From Takakia lepidozioides (Eukaryota; Plantae; Bryophyta): a stretch of DNA of 64,000 bases. Below are positions 34,408 through 46,372 of this stretch, piece after piece. Where the stretch lies: positions 82,026,001-82,090,000 of the forward strand of contig CM060731.1 of NCBI GenBank assembly GCA_030704615.1, in the 5' to 3' direction. A program made the translations under genes and the position numbers. Position 1 is the first letter of the stretch. Every line of letters starts with the position of its first letter. The notes beneath the pieces are model-generated. The model was not told where the DNA came from. It saw nothing but the letters and a program-made list of their open reading frames with translations, and made no database searches.

Positions 34408-34822
34408 TTCTGGCTCCAAATCAGCCCCTACCTTCACCATCCTTGGTTCCTCTTCAGTTCCCACATTCACTTCTCTCACCTGCTCATCAGCTGTGATTGT
34501 CCAACCAGTCACCACTTCATCTTGTAAACTCACAGTGGCTGGTTCCTCTAGGATTTCCATTTCTCCTTCTCTTTGTTCATAGAAATGTGGTGGGTAACTG
34601 CTTGTTTCACCTTCAATTGGTGTTGCTGTCACTACACCACAGCAGATACCTTTTAAACAAAAACATGTGTGCAACTTCTTTCTTCCATTCATCCTCACTC
34701 ACTTCCTCTTCTCTTTCAGAATCAGAGGAATCTGCCATAGGAATATCAGTGTTCTTCTGCATTTCCCTTATGGTATCTACCACTTCTTTGTGCAGTTCCT
34801 TCTCATCTCTCCATGCCTCATC
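34400..34822 (-). repeat. Internally deleted duplicate of Gypsy gag-pol segments
   Basis: 34400-34655 resembles ~33000-33250, and 34660-34822 resembles ~33997-34158; the two pieces are fused with the protease missing. Confidence 0.85.
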
Positions 34823-34966
34823 AAATTTGGTGAATTCTATCACAAAACAGAGGTGGAGAGGATGCGTCAAATTGCGGAAATGGAGAAATTCCGCCTTACC
34901 ATGCAACTTGAAATGGCAAAGGCTTTGGGTGGACAATCCTCTACACCTCCCGCTCCTCCTGAATAG
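34823..34966 (+). pseudogene. C-terminal remnant of a Myb/SANT-trihelix-like protein, probably the second gene of the Harbinger
   Basis: KFGEFYHKTEVERMRQIAEMEKFRLTMQLEM resembles the trihelix/ASIL-type C-terminal coiled coil. It converges on the Harbinger transposase. Confidence 0.55.
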
Positions 34967-35682
34967 CCATAGGGCCTCCAAAGTAGTTTATTTGCTTGTG
35001 ATTTAAAAGAGTGCATTGTTGCCTCTTCATTGTTCAATGGTCCTCACTATTATGTGCAAGCAAATAAATGATTTCAATTTGCAACCACTTCTACAATCAG
35101 ATCACACATTTGTACCAGAGTCGTTTAGAGTCATAATTATAATTCTTACAGTCCTTACAGTACTTATAGTCCTTATATTACTAGCAGTCCTTACAGTCAT
35201 AGATGCAGAATCATTATGGTCCTTACAACCCTCTCAAGTGTATGTTTTATCGGGCTGTGTATTCTCTTATGTTCATGCTTGAAGCCCTTTTGCTCTTATG
35301 TTTCTGTTTGTAGTCCTCTTGCAATCATTAATCTTTATTATGCTCTTATGTCCTTATGCTCTTGTGTACCCTTACAGCCTTTCATGCTTAATTATGCTTT
35401 CAGTCATTACAGCACTTACAGCCTAGCGTTCAATTTAGAATTCATTACAATCCTTTTACATTAGAATATCCATGTTTACATGCTTACAATGATCACGTCT
35501 ATTCTTAGATTCCTCTTATGTACATGCTTACAATCATTATAGACATGCCCTTGCAGTCCTCTTGCAATTCTATGTAACCACACAACATGAGATTGGCCAT
35601 AATTGTGCACCAAATTTATTGCTGTGTGCATATGCAAATTTTGCACCATGCCTTGGTTACATTGGTTCATATCATCTATTCT

Positions 35683-36783
35683 CTAACCATTGCTGGAACA
35701 ATGCTTGTCGCATGGCAGTGCCTGCACGCTCCGCCCGTTTTTCCCCATAACAATAGCAGGCGGAGGCACATTAGGATTGTTGTCATTGTTCAAAGGGTCA
35801 TGTGGAAATTCTCCTCGCCACACCTCCCCATTATCGATGCAAAAATTGTGCAATACGCAACATGCCACAATCGTTTGTGGTGCATACGGTACTGCAACGT
35901 TTAATTTCTGCAATATCCTCCACTTGTTTTTTAACATGCCATAAGCATTCTCGATTTTTACCCTTCCTTTCGTAGACATTTGTCATATGCATTCTGGTCA
36001 CCTGTGCCAATGGCCTTTGCATGATGAGGTTTTTGACACCACGTTCGAACTGGATATGCCGCATCCCCCACAAGAAAAGGAGGCCATTCTGCGTCACCGG
36101 CTCTAAGGAGCGGTTCTTTCATGATTACTCCAGTTCTCAATTTTTGCCACAACGAACTGCATCTAAAATGTGTGGCATCATGCGTTCCACCCGATCGATT
36201 CACACACACATCCAAAAAGCGTCTGTTGTGGTCACATACACCTTGCATCAATATAGAGAACCCGCCTTTATGACAAAAATAATCGGCGGGCACATACTTC
36301 ACATCTGGTTGTCGCCACAAAGGAATTTGGGATCCATCAATTGCTCCCCACATATTACGAACTCCTGGTAGGCAAAAATATGAATTGACGGTACAAGTGT
36401 GTTGCAAGAACAGCAGTAATAAGTTTTGTGTAATCAGTCACAGTTGATGGTCCTACACCCATAAGATCGGCCACTTTTCTCACTGGCAAGTTGTGTGCGA
36501 GTCTAATCAAAACAAGGGCTACTGCGTGTTTAGGGTAAAGAGGGGTTCTCATGGTAGTGATTTGTTTTTCAATGAACGGTGTCAACAGGCTCACCAATTC
36601 CAAGAAGTTGATATGAGTCATACGATATTCTTTTTTCCACCGTGAATCGAGCATGCCATCTCCAAGCTCTGGCCAAATTCGACAATGGATGGTCTCCCAC
36701 AAAACATATTGTCCTTGTAGTTTCCACCAAGCTTTGTTGCATCTCCGTCTCTTTTTTCTTCTCTCCAAAGTCTTGCAAGCCAT
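35683..36783 (-). pseudogene. PIF/Harbinger (HARBI1-like, DDE_Tnp_4) transposase, frameshifted
   Basis: WKKEYRMT..NF.EL...VALVLIRLA...VGPSTV; WGAIDGSQI; GGTHDATHF; GDAAYP; RVKIENAYGMLKNKWRIL; IVACCVLHNFC. Frame breaks near 36370 and 35975. Confidence 0.92.
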
Positions 36784-37214
36784 GGCAGCAAATATACAGA
36801 ATGTAAACAGAGTAAAAGAAGAAACCCCTCCAAGCTCACATTTGAGCCAAAGATTAACCAAAAAATCAAATAAATATGCATCATGTACACCTAGTACTAA
36901 CTGTCATAAACAGCTTGTACACTTAGTACTCTCCAGTATAACTCTCATAAGCTTGTACTCCTAGTACCTGCATAACTCTCATAAGTGTATCACATAGTAC
37001 GAGCAGAGCTCTCACAAAAACAGAGGCAAAATCCCTTGCTTGGGCGTGGCTAAACTCAATGTTGCCTCACATGTGCATATCACGTGTGAACATGTTGCAC
37101 CGTCCGTCCCGTCCGTCCCCATTCACGCGTGCGGAGGGCCCGCCACTATGGCTGGTCGGGACGGACGGATTTACGTCGTGAACCTGCCTTCAGGACGTTC
37201 ACGGTGACGGGGCA

Positions 37215-40200
37215 GCAAACGACGTCTTATGAGTACAATCACCCTTGAGTACATTCTCTATGAGAACATTCTCTCGCACTCTCTCTTGGCTATCTGTCCT
37301 CACCTCTCTCCTGCTACTGCTAATTCCACAACCCAACGCCTTCAACTCCACCCACCCTCACACCCTCCACCACATTCCAGACAATTTGTCACGTTAACGC
37401 TTGCATGCAGTCGCCAAATGGGCCCCACATGCAATAGCCATGTGGGGCCCTGACCTGGGGTACGGTGCTTCGACTATGTATTCTATTGTATTTTGCACGT
37501 GACGTAGTGGTTGCTGGAGCATCCGCACTCGAAGCCCGTGGCCGAAGGCTTTTTGCAGATACTTTTTACATTCGAACAGTACAGGATGTTACAAGTGCTT
37601 ACAAGTACTTGTGATTCTTAGCTGCGAGAACTGTATAGATCTTGGGATCCGCTGTGAGAAGGACTGATAGGGTATGGACTCTCTTAAAGCAGCGTTGGTA
37701 CCACTGCTGCACTGCGTTGATGGTGATCGACGCAAGAAAGGGATATGTCGACCTATAGAATTAAGGAATTAAGAAATTTTATGCTGTCCACGGGAAGCAG
37801 AAGTAGTTTGGCAATCTGGAGATTGCTCACAATGGCTTTCTGTGTATACGCGCTTTAAGTTTTGCACGTTTCATCTCCCTTACAGAGGATCCTCAGGTCA
37901 TCAACCATACATTGTGGAATGCCCAGTGACTTTTTGTGCACGTGATCTGGTGGAGAGAACAGTACTGTTTTGATAGTCCAAATGTTCAATATTCTCCTAG
38001 AGCTATTATATTGAGCCCCGTAGACTGACCAGAGTTGACCAGACCTGTAATTTAAAGTGTCCAGATCGCTTGACTGCAGTATGGAGCACACAGATTTCGT
38101 GTGCTCTTGAAATCCTTCGAACGAGGTATGTGACCCAAGTGCTCAACCATGAAAGATTTGTAGCCTGATTGAGAAGGCCCGGGTTCTAAGCCTCTAGAAG
38201 GGCGGCTCAAGTGCCACAGACACAGCGGGAAGACCTTTTTGCGTCTCTTAACGATTGTAGAAGGGCTCAGAGTATCTTCATCGATCAATCTCAGATAGAT
38301 TGAGTGAATCCAACTGCAACTTGAGAGGGGTGCAAGCAATTCTTTCCCGCGTTCATTTGGTGTATCTGGAAGGACTATCGAATTAGGACAACCTGCAGAT
38401 CACTTGAGATGTTAACATTGGAGCAATTTTATCATGTACTCAGTGCAGTGCTCCCATTATATGTTGCGTTATTCCTTGGATATGGGTCGCTGAGGTGGTG
38501 GAACATCGTTACTACTGATCAAATCCGGGGGCTCAACAGATTCACATCATATATCGTTTTTCCTGCACTTCTGTTTCAGATACTGGCCTTCAACAACCCC
38601 TACACAATGGACCTGCGGCTTATTGCAGCTTACAGTCTTGCCGCCACTCTTATTCTGGGTACGCTCGACCTAAGCTATGTTCACACTACTTTATAGATTG
38701 CACGCAATACATGTGGTCTCCTTAGACTCTTTGATGGAAGAAATGAGCTTCCGATAGGGTCCAGGTTTGTGGAATCTTTGAGCTTGTAAAATTCCTTGTT
38801 CATGCGAGGCTCCGAGCCTATTTCCCGTTTCGAGATATACATGTAGCGCAGTATATTTATCTTTAGGATATCTTCAGCCCTGGAATGAATAGGGATCCGG
38901 ATGATCGTAGGTAGTTGAATTCGCGATTTAGACCTTTTCACCTGTACTTACAGATCATGGAGTCTTCACATTGTCTCAACATTTGGGGCAGGAGCTTTTC
39001 CGATCGGGTTAAATGTTGAAGGATATTTTTTCTTTCTTTGACAGAAACGGAGACCTTTATTCCACAGACAAGGTAGAGCAATCCATTCGCATATGATAAC
39101 ATCTCAAGAGAGACTCGGGAGGCATTCCACCGTACACCTCTATCCAAACGAAAGCAAAATAAGGAAGAACTAGCCCAAATAGATAAAAATTCGCCCTCAA
39201 GATCTGTCTGCCATTGAATGCTACGATTGGGAGCATGTTTCCGTGGTTGATGCCACTAGAGATGGTGTCCTTCCATGCCGGAGTCAAGACTTGTTGCACA
39301 GAAAATAATTGGCCTCCCCGAACAAAGCGGCACCTCTCGCACCAAAAGGGATCTTATTTTTAAAACGAGGCAAATGTGAGTTCATATTAGGAGATTCAAT
39401 AATCAAGTTCACTGTACATGTACAGTTTCCTAACCCTTGGTACACAGATTCTTGAGAATTTCTTCTAGACCTTACCATGAAGTATAGAGCCATTCGAACT
39501 TTGAACATCATACTGCGAGATTGCAAGTGACTATATAGGCCTATGTAGGAAGGTTAATCAGCATCCTCCAAGAGACGACCACTACTCTAGCTGCAGGCAT
39601 ACGCACTTGGTCTGGCAAGTTACGAATCATTTGAACATGACTATTTCTGTTTAGTTCTCTGATCAGAAGAAAACTTGTGCACGCGTACGTAAAAAAACTT
39701 CTCCCAGCGCTCTTTTCGAGTCAAGTGCTGGCCTTTGCCCTTTTCCTGTTCGCTTCTTGGTCACCAACTAGTGCAGCTCCGGGACCTATCAAAGATGGGA
39801 ATCATTTCCTCCTATCACGGCAGTATGGATCTGCAAATTGTGGTTGTTTGTGAGTCGATCTTGTGTATGTCTTTCCCACCTGGATGCTGTCCTCATATCC
39901 GACGCGTTTTCAATTGACATCTTCTGGACAATCGGGACCGGAGCCGATTCTCGATTCTTCCAGACGTATCTGGATCGAGGCGATTGCCAGTCCTGAACTT
40001 CCAAGTTCCCATAACTCCTTGTTTGTAGTCTAGCCGTTTTTGGATTCACTGCAAGCATATCGCAAACCAGTAAATAAGTTTCAAGGACAGTGTTTTTCCA
40101 CACAGACTACAGACTTTCCATGTTGAGGCTGCTGTACCTTGCGGACATTTTCTAAATTGTATGTTTACCTACAATTCATGCATCATATTTGCTGAGTAAC

Positions 40201-43022
40201 ATTGCCATATCTGTGCTCTTCCAGGTGTCCTATGCGGGTGGGCGTGGTTCGCAGAATCTGGCAGCATCGACTGGGTCATCACTCTTCTGCAGCTTGCAGT
40301 ATTCCCTAACGGTATAATTGTGGGTATACCTGTGCTATCGCCGCTCTACACTGGTGCTACCCAGGGATGTGCAGCTATCTTCATTGGTCAAGTGTTGTGG
40401 ATCAACGTGTTTCTACTCCTCTACGAAACTCGCAAAGTTCTTCTTGATATGTCTGGAACAAAGGTAGAGCTAAGAGTTTCAGAGGATGTGAGCAATGTCG
40501 AAGGGAGCACTGCTGATGGGGTTGTCGCTGGAATATCCTCCGGGGGGGAAGCTCAATCTCGCAGTTCTTTTACATTGTCAACGGATTCCTCACTGCCTCA
40601 AAGCCAGGGCGTTTCTGGTGGTACTGATGCACCCAGATCACTGAACCCAATATCTAGTGCTATGTTTCTGTTGACTCAATGTGGTACATCATGCATGAAT
40701 TGGTTATCTCAAACTCGGCATAAATTCGAAGTACTTAGACGAAGCAGCATCATGCTAGTTGAATGAATACACATGATAGATATCTGTAACGGTGAAGGAA
40801 GTCCAAATCTACGTCTACATATCATTTACATGGCCAACTCTTTGTTACATCAGAAGGGAAGGTCGACGGAGAAAAGGGCGATGATTGTCAAATTACGATT
40901 GGTTCAGCAGGGGCGGAGAAGGAACCAAATGTGTTTTCAGAAACTCGAGCGCTGCAAGCGCAAAACTTCAGGGGTACGTCTGTCACTGTGGGGGAGGCCC
41001 AGTTGCCAGGTGATACGAAGCTGATCTCAAATGGCCAGATTCAAGCATCTGAGACCGAGTCTGCGCTAGAGAGAGGTAGAGAGTACCTGGAAGTGGAGAA
41101 AAATGTCCCAATGCAAGTGGCTGTCAAGGTGATGAAGAAAATGCTGCAACTACCCATGACGTATGCCAGCTTTCTGGGTGTCATATATTCGCTCATTGCA
41201 AGCAGGTATGTACAAGAATCTCATTTCGAAGGATTTCTGTTTTCAGATGGTGTCCAGGTATCGATCTAGATAGATGAATCGGAAGAGTTGTACCATACTG
41301 GAACCTATGTCATTTGCTTGAGCGAGTTCAGATGAAATGTACATATTAAACATATGAACTCGCACAGGCACCAACTTGAAATCGAGATGAGCTATCAAAT
41401 AGATGCACAGGATGGGGACAGTGATGAGCTGGCTCTGAAAGATGTCTGGACAGAGTATCTGACGTGGTTATATGCAGCAGTGAGTAGTGAGCGGTTCGCT
41501 GTAACCAACTGGCAGGCTAATTGATGAATCTCGGATCCTGTTACTTTTGCAGGTGGGGTTTTGCATTTCCTCTCATTTTGAAAAATTCTCTGGACATCTT
41601 CAGCAGGATGGGCGTTGGCCTTGTTCTGTACACAATCGGTATGGGGCTGAAAGACAGTATCTAGTCTCGAGCGTAGTTGATCCAGCTAAACTACAATATT
41701 AGAACCGGGATTAGAATACGACAATGTTACGACATACTTTGGAAGGGCCTCGCCCTCAGCTCTTCCTCAGTACGAGAGAGTCTGCTGTCCTCACCTAATA
41801 TATGCATTGTTAGGAAAGGGAAGGGAGAGAGGTTTAACGTGAACCGGCGATTTCCATACTGCCTTCAATGGTCAATTATTTGAGTCACAGGATGGAAGCA
41901 TAAGACAGACTTTCGAGAGCAGTTTTCCCTTCTTAGTCGATCTCTGAAGTACGGCTGACTGTATTGTAGATCTGAAACAAATATTTTGAATAAATCGGTC
42001 GTGAAATGGCTGTACATACGCTTGGCTCATACCTCCCTACTGTTCGTGCTACCTGTCAGGCTTGTTCATGGCGGGTGAGAAGACGCTGTTATCATGTGGA
42101 ATATGGCTTACGCTCTATGGATCGTTTTGGCGATTCGTTATTGGACCTGCGGCCATGGGTCTGACATCCCTGTTGATCAGATTCCGTGGAAACGCTCTTC
42201 GCTTCGCAATTGCTCAGGTCTGTGTACCTGTAAACGTCGAACAATAAAGAATTGTCACATGAACACTTCAGAACTTAGACTTTGTTCAAAATGATTAACA
42301 ACATGTAAGTACTCAATTTGGTATATAAGAGGATGAATTTTAATATTCAAGCTCTGCTTGCAGGTCTCAACCACCAATGATTATCATAGGCTTGTCAATT
42401 GTTTGATCAGGTGCTATAAAAAGTGGGTAGAACTTTGCCATACATTTGAATGCTTATGCCTTACCCGCTTCTGCAACAGGCCGCACTGCCACAAGGAGTC
42501 ATCTGTTTTGTGTTTGCCAAGGAGTACAATTTGCATGCCAGCATCTTCAGTACAGCGTATGTTGAATTTCTCTACCATTTTCAATTTTCCATCCAACTGT
42601 GTACACCATGTTGTACAATACGTCAAAACTACCAGATACCACGGTAGTATAAATTGTGGAGCTCGAAGTAGAGATGATTCATGCACTTCACGATCTTTGA
42701 GGACCGGCTCATGCACTAGCGACATAAATAGACGTGTAGATATACTCAAAACAATTTCAGGAATCCCAGTTGACGATCATTTAGTATTTACGTGATTTAA
42801 CAAATTGTAATCAGCAGAAACCCTGACAGAGACGGTGGCGCTGGATTTGCAGGGTCTCATTTCAAACAATTGTATTTCTCCCCATTGTGCTAGCCTACTA
42901 CGTAGTGCTTGAGCTCTTGTAATTAGGAGCTCAGATAGTGGAAGCTGATTCGGCAGGGCTCCGGTCTTGACATCCATGAGTACCTTGTTATTTCTATCCT
43001 GCCAGCTTTCTTCCTTGTTGCC
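37215..43022 (+). repeat. Tandem duplication unit 1 (PIN locus)
   Basis: Colinear with high identity to ~47260-52971 across the upstream region, exons, introns and 3' flank; both copies end at TTCCTTGTTGCC. The left boundary is approximate. Confidence 0.9.
38409..42922 (+). CDS. PIN: Non-canonical PIN-family auxin efflux carrier, copy 1 (~462 aa); exons 38409-38658, 40225-40620, 40854-41205, 41553-41638, 42060-42217, 42480-42556, 42853-42922
   Basis: MLTLEQFYHVLSAVLPLYVALFLGYGSLRWW...GLNRF...NNPYTMDLRLIAA; IDWVITL; QAALPQGVICFVFAKEY. It has the typical PIN 86/158/77-bp exons, consistent phases and no stops. Confidence 0.92.
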
Positions 43023-43462
43023 CAAACATAATGTTGGCATTGTAAACATTACAAAAATAGTGCACAACCATCGTATGAAGACCCCACCACCACAACCAGC
43101 AAGGATATAATCTAGATCTATATCCAAAGGAAACCAGCACAGAAGGCTTGTGTCGAATATATATTCCGGCGCTTATATCAACGCATCACAGAGATCATGA
43201 GTTTATTGCCATGAGTAGAAAACGTTTTTTTTTTTTATCGAAACCAACCAAGTGCTTAGATGTTAAAGCGAGGTTCTACAGCAAACCAGGACATTGAGGA
43301 GACATTGGTTTCTGATAACATCGAATTGCTTAAACTCATCATTATTTCCAAAATATGGCTATATAAGATTGTTCCAAGACTTCCAACTCAACAAACAGTA
43401 CTGATGAAAGGATCCTGATCTAAGCTGGAGAGGAACTTTAATTGAGTTTCCATGTGGAGGTC

Positions 43463-43915
43463 TCATCCACGCCAGCTTTGGTACCATTCATAGAAGTTTG
43501 TGCTGGCATACTGAGTGAACCAAAATCCAGAGGGCGTGACTTTCCAATAGCAGACCTCGCAAGATAGTTCATCAGTATCACTAATCATGCTGCCCCAGAT
43601 GATGAATTCGACCTTAATATCCAACCAGGTGAATGTACATCCCCACGATGCCGTATGATGGTTCTCGTCCTCTTGCGCGAACTCCAACCGGTAACTGTTT
43701 CCTGGGTCTAGATATACCAGACCATTGGGGTCGTGCATACGATCAGAAACGCAGTGGATCGAGATGGTCGATGGGCCAGAATAAGGACCCCGCCTGGGAT
43801 TTGGCGCACCTGGCATGGCATTTGTGATAGTAATGCTAACACCATGCACCTGGCTGGCCATCAATGCCAACATCAGTACCACCACGCCCACTCTTATAAA
43901 GGTTGAACCCTTCAT
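43463..43915 (-). CDS. SPH: Secreted S-protein homologue (plant self-incompatibility S1 family), 150 aa
   Basis: Signal peptide followed by ITITN...ISIHCVSD...LDPGNSYRLEF...WGCTFTW...SCEVCYWKVTPSGFW...YQSW; intronless. Confidence 0.8.
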   Translation of the reverse strand: MKGSTFIRVGVVVLMLALMASQVHGVSITITNAMPGAPNPRRGPYSGPSTISIHCVSDRMHDPNGLVYLDPGNSYRLEFAQEDENHHTASWGCTFTWLDIKVEFIIWGSMISDTDELSCEVCYWKVTPSGFWFTQYASTNFYEWYQSWRG

Positions 43916-44857
43916 CTGATCTCACCTTGTTTCTCAACAGGACCCCAGGCTGCTCATTAACACAAAAACGTTGCCAAAAGGGAGCATGTACAGGGAAAGA
44001 GCTGAGGGGAGAGACTTATACTGAGGCACAGAGATGTATATTCATATTTTAACTTGGACAATGACCACCAGCGAGTCCACTTGACTGATGTATCTATTGC
44101 TTTCACGTCACCATCGATGCCTATAAAATGGTGATTGATTGCTCACAATATGAGAAGATTGGAACATCAAACCCCTATCAGTGATCTATACGGCAGTTTT
44201 GCGTGGGCTGCACACATAACATTTAGCTACTTCAATTTATACATGTGAGATTCCATCAGTCTAGTAAAGATCATCGAGATATCCATGGCTGTTATGGTAC
44301 ATCCCATCTTTATCGACTCAAAGCTGGGTGTTTTTCTTTATTTCGGGTGATCAAAGCTGTTGCCCGTTCAAGCGACAAGGGAGACATATCCCCATCCAAG
44401 AGGGGGCAAGAAGCTGTAGCTGTGTCACATCTTAGAGAACAGGTTCTATCGTAAGTAGATTCGTAAAGCACCGGTCGAAAAATCTCTTTGTAGTTTCAGG
44501 GCGCTTATTCCCGTGAATGGCATCCGCGGGCCCACCAGGCGCCTTAAGTTACATTGTGTAAGCACCCTGTGTAAGCACCCTGTACAGCGTGGTGGGGGTG
44601 CTTACACAAACCAATCTCCCTTAATCGTGGAACGCCTTTGTGCATGGCCTTACCCTAGACATGAAGTCCTCCAAGATACATTTGGGTTTTGTACTCAACT
44701 TGGCAATTCCATTTTGCAATAGAGGTCAGCCCATACCAGCCTGGTATTGGGCACTACCTTAAGATAAGTGAATTTTTTATTTCTTAATTATATACATATA
44801 TATGTTTTGTATTATATTACTCATCTGATCAAACCATCCTGGCCATTTTCTGACTGT

Positions 44858-45610
44858 TACGTACTAGAGAAGGGGCCGGGTAGGGCCGACTCTGCCGGGT
44901 GCGCGGCCACCGGGCTCGGCCTGTAGAAGCAGGGTGTGGCGTATTTTTGCGACTATGTGGCAAATCTGATTGGGGTTCAATTATCCCATATTGATTGCCC
45001 GGATTCAGAGCCCCCCGGAGGATATAAACGGAGGATATAAACGTACTAGAGAACGGGCCGTGTTTGGCCGATTCTGCCCTGTAAACGGCCTTTGGGCGAG
45101 CCCTATGGCCACGCACAGGGCAGAGTTGGCCAACGCGGCCCGTTCACTGGCGTTAAAAGCAGGTGCGGCGGATTCTCTCCGCTATGTGGTGCTATATGAT
45201 TGAGGTTCGATTATCCCGTATCGATTGCCCAGATTCAGAGCCCTGGGGAGGATATAAACGGGCGAGCCTCAAGGGAAGGCAGGTGGGTTGATGGCTGACA
45301 TGGGCCTCGGTCGGTGGTAGGTATGCCGTCCTCTGTACGTAATTGGCCATCCCTGCCGATTCTGCCCTGGGTGGCCGATTCGGCCTGAGAATTAGGCCGA
45401 AAAAGTGGCAGAATCTGCCACACCTGCTTTTAAGGGGGGCCAGCTTGAAAGGGTAGGTGGGAGGCTGCTGCCATCCCGGGTGCATAATCGGCCACCCCTG
45501 CCTATTCGGCAGGCAGAATCGGCAGTACACCCTGGGTGGCCAATTGGGCTTGAGAATTAGTCTCAAAGAGTGGCAAAATACGCCACACCTGCTTTTAACG
45601 GGTGGGTAGG
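44858..45610. repeat. Composite GC-rich direct and inverted repeat block, probably a non-autonomous TE
   Basis: Two ~190-220-bp direct units start CGTACTAGAGAA and end GGATATAAACGG. Two further units contain GCCACACCTGCTTTT, which is inverted relative to AAAAGCAGGTGCGGC. Confidence 0.65.
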
Positions 45611-46372
45611 TACTCACAGCTTTATAGAGGCTTCCTTGCTTTTTGGCCCCTTTCTCAAGAAAGTCTACCAAGTGCATAACATCTGTCGACCTCTGCTGCA
45701 AGAAATGATGCAATGTTTCAAGCTTTCAGCTTTCACTTAATGTTTGTCCACTGGAATCTATATTAAATATGTAGAGCAGTTTCATTCGGCCCGGTTAATT
45801 CTAGAGTGGTCTAGGAATTAGCGTGGTCCAGGAGTTAAAAGATGGGCCCAATGTATTAAGGCCACTTGTATTATTTAATGAAATAAAGGGTCCACAAATT
45901 AAGGATTGACTTTTTAACGTCTATATATTAAGCTCATTTACATATGCCTCATTTACATATGCCCACTTGAGTTGATCCTGAGAGACTTGAGTGAATGAAG
46001 AGCACTTTAACACATACACATGGTCAAAGAGGGGGTCCAGTAAACAGTTGTTAATAGTTAAACACTTAAAACGTTTGCTTAGTAGTTCAGCCAAGTAGGG
46101 AGTAAGAATTATGTTGTTTTTTAATGCGTAGAATGGAGGGCCTACAGTATCAGGGAATTCAACTCCCCGGGCACTTCTATTACTTGGCCTAGTCACTAGG
46201 CCGTTGACCTTGAAGATTGCATAGCAGGGCGGTGGTATGCTTGAATGTCAGTCATCCATGGAGGCTCCCCATGAAGCTCCACAGGTCACGGAAAGTCTCA
46301 TCAGTGGGTCACCGTAAGCTTAAACCAAGCCCTCTCTCTTGCACTCAGCCCCTGACAAAGCTGGGTTCTGTC

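Larger units (their letters stand above)
9260..34822 (-). mobile_element. Ty3/Gypsy (non-chromovirus, Athila/Tat-like organisation) LTR retrotransposon; 5' LTR and most of gag missing; split by the CACTA insertion at 13890-28270
   Basis: Minus-strand order: gag zinc knuckle, protease, RT, RNase H, integrase, extra ORF, PPT, LTR. The extra ORF rejoins in frame across the CACTA TSD. Confidence 0.88.

Noticed and set aside
37420-37460. Helitron 3' end (hairpin plus CTRR)
   Set aside because: CTGG is only ~4 nt from the hairpin and is not followed by T; no matching 5' TC end or Rep/helicase was found.
42761-42795. Alternative last PIN exon after TTTCAG
   Set aside because: It gives an immediate stop in the required phase, whereas 42853-42922 encodes the expected last helix (VSFQTIVFLPIVLAYYVVLELL).
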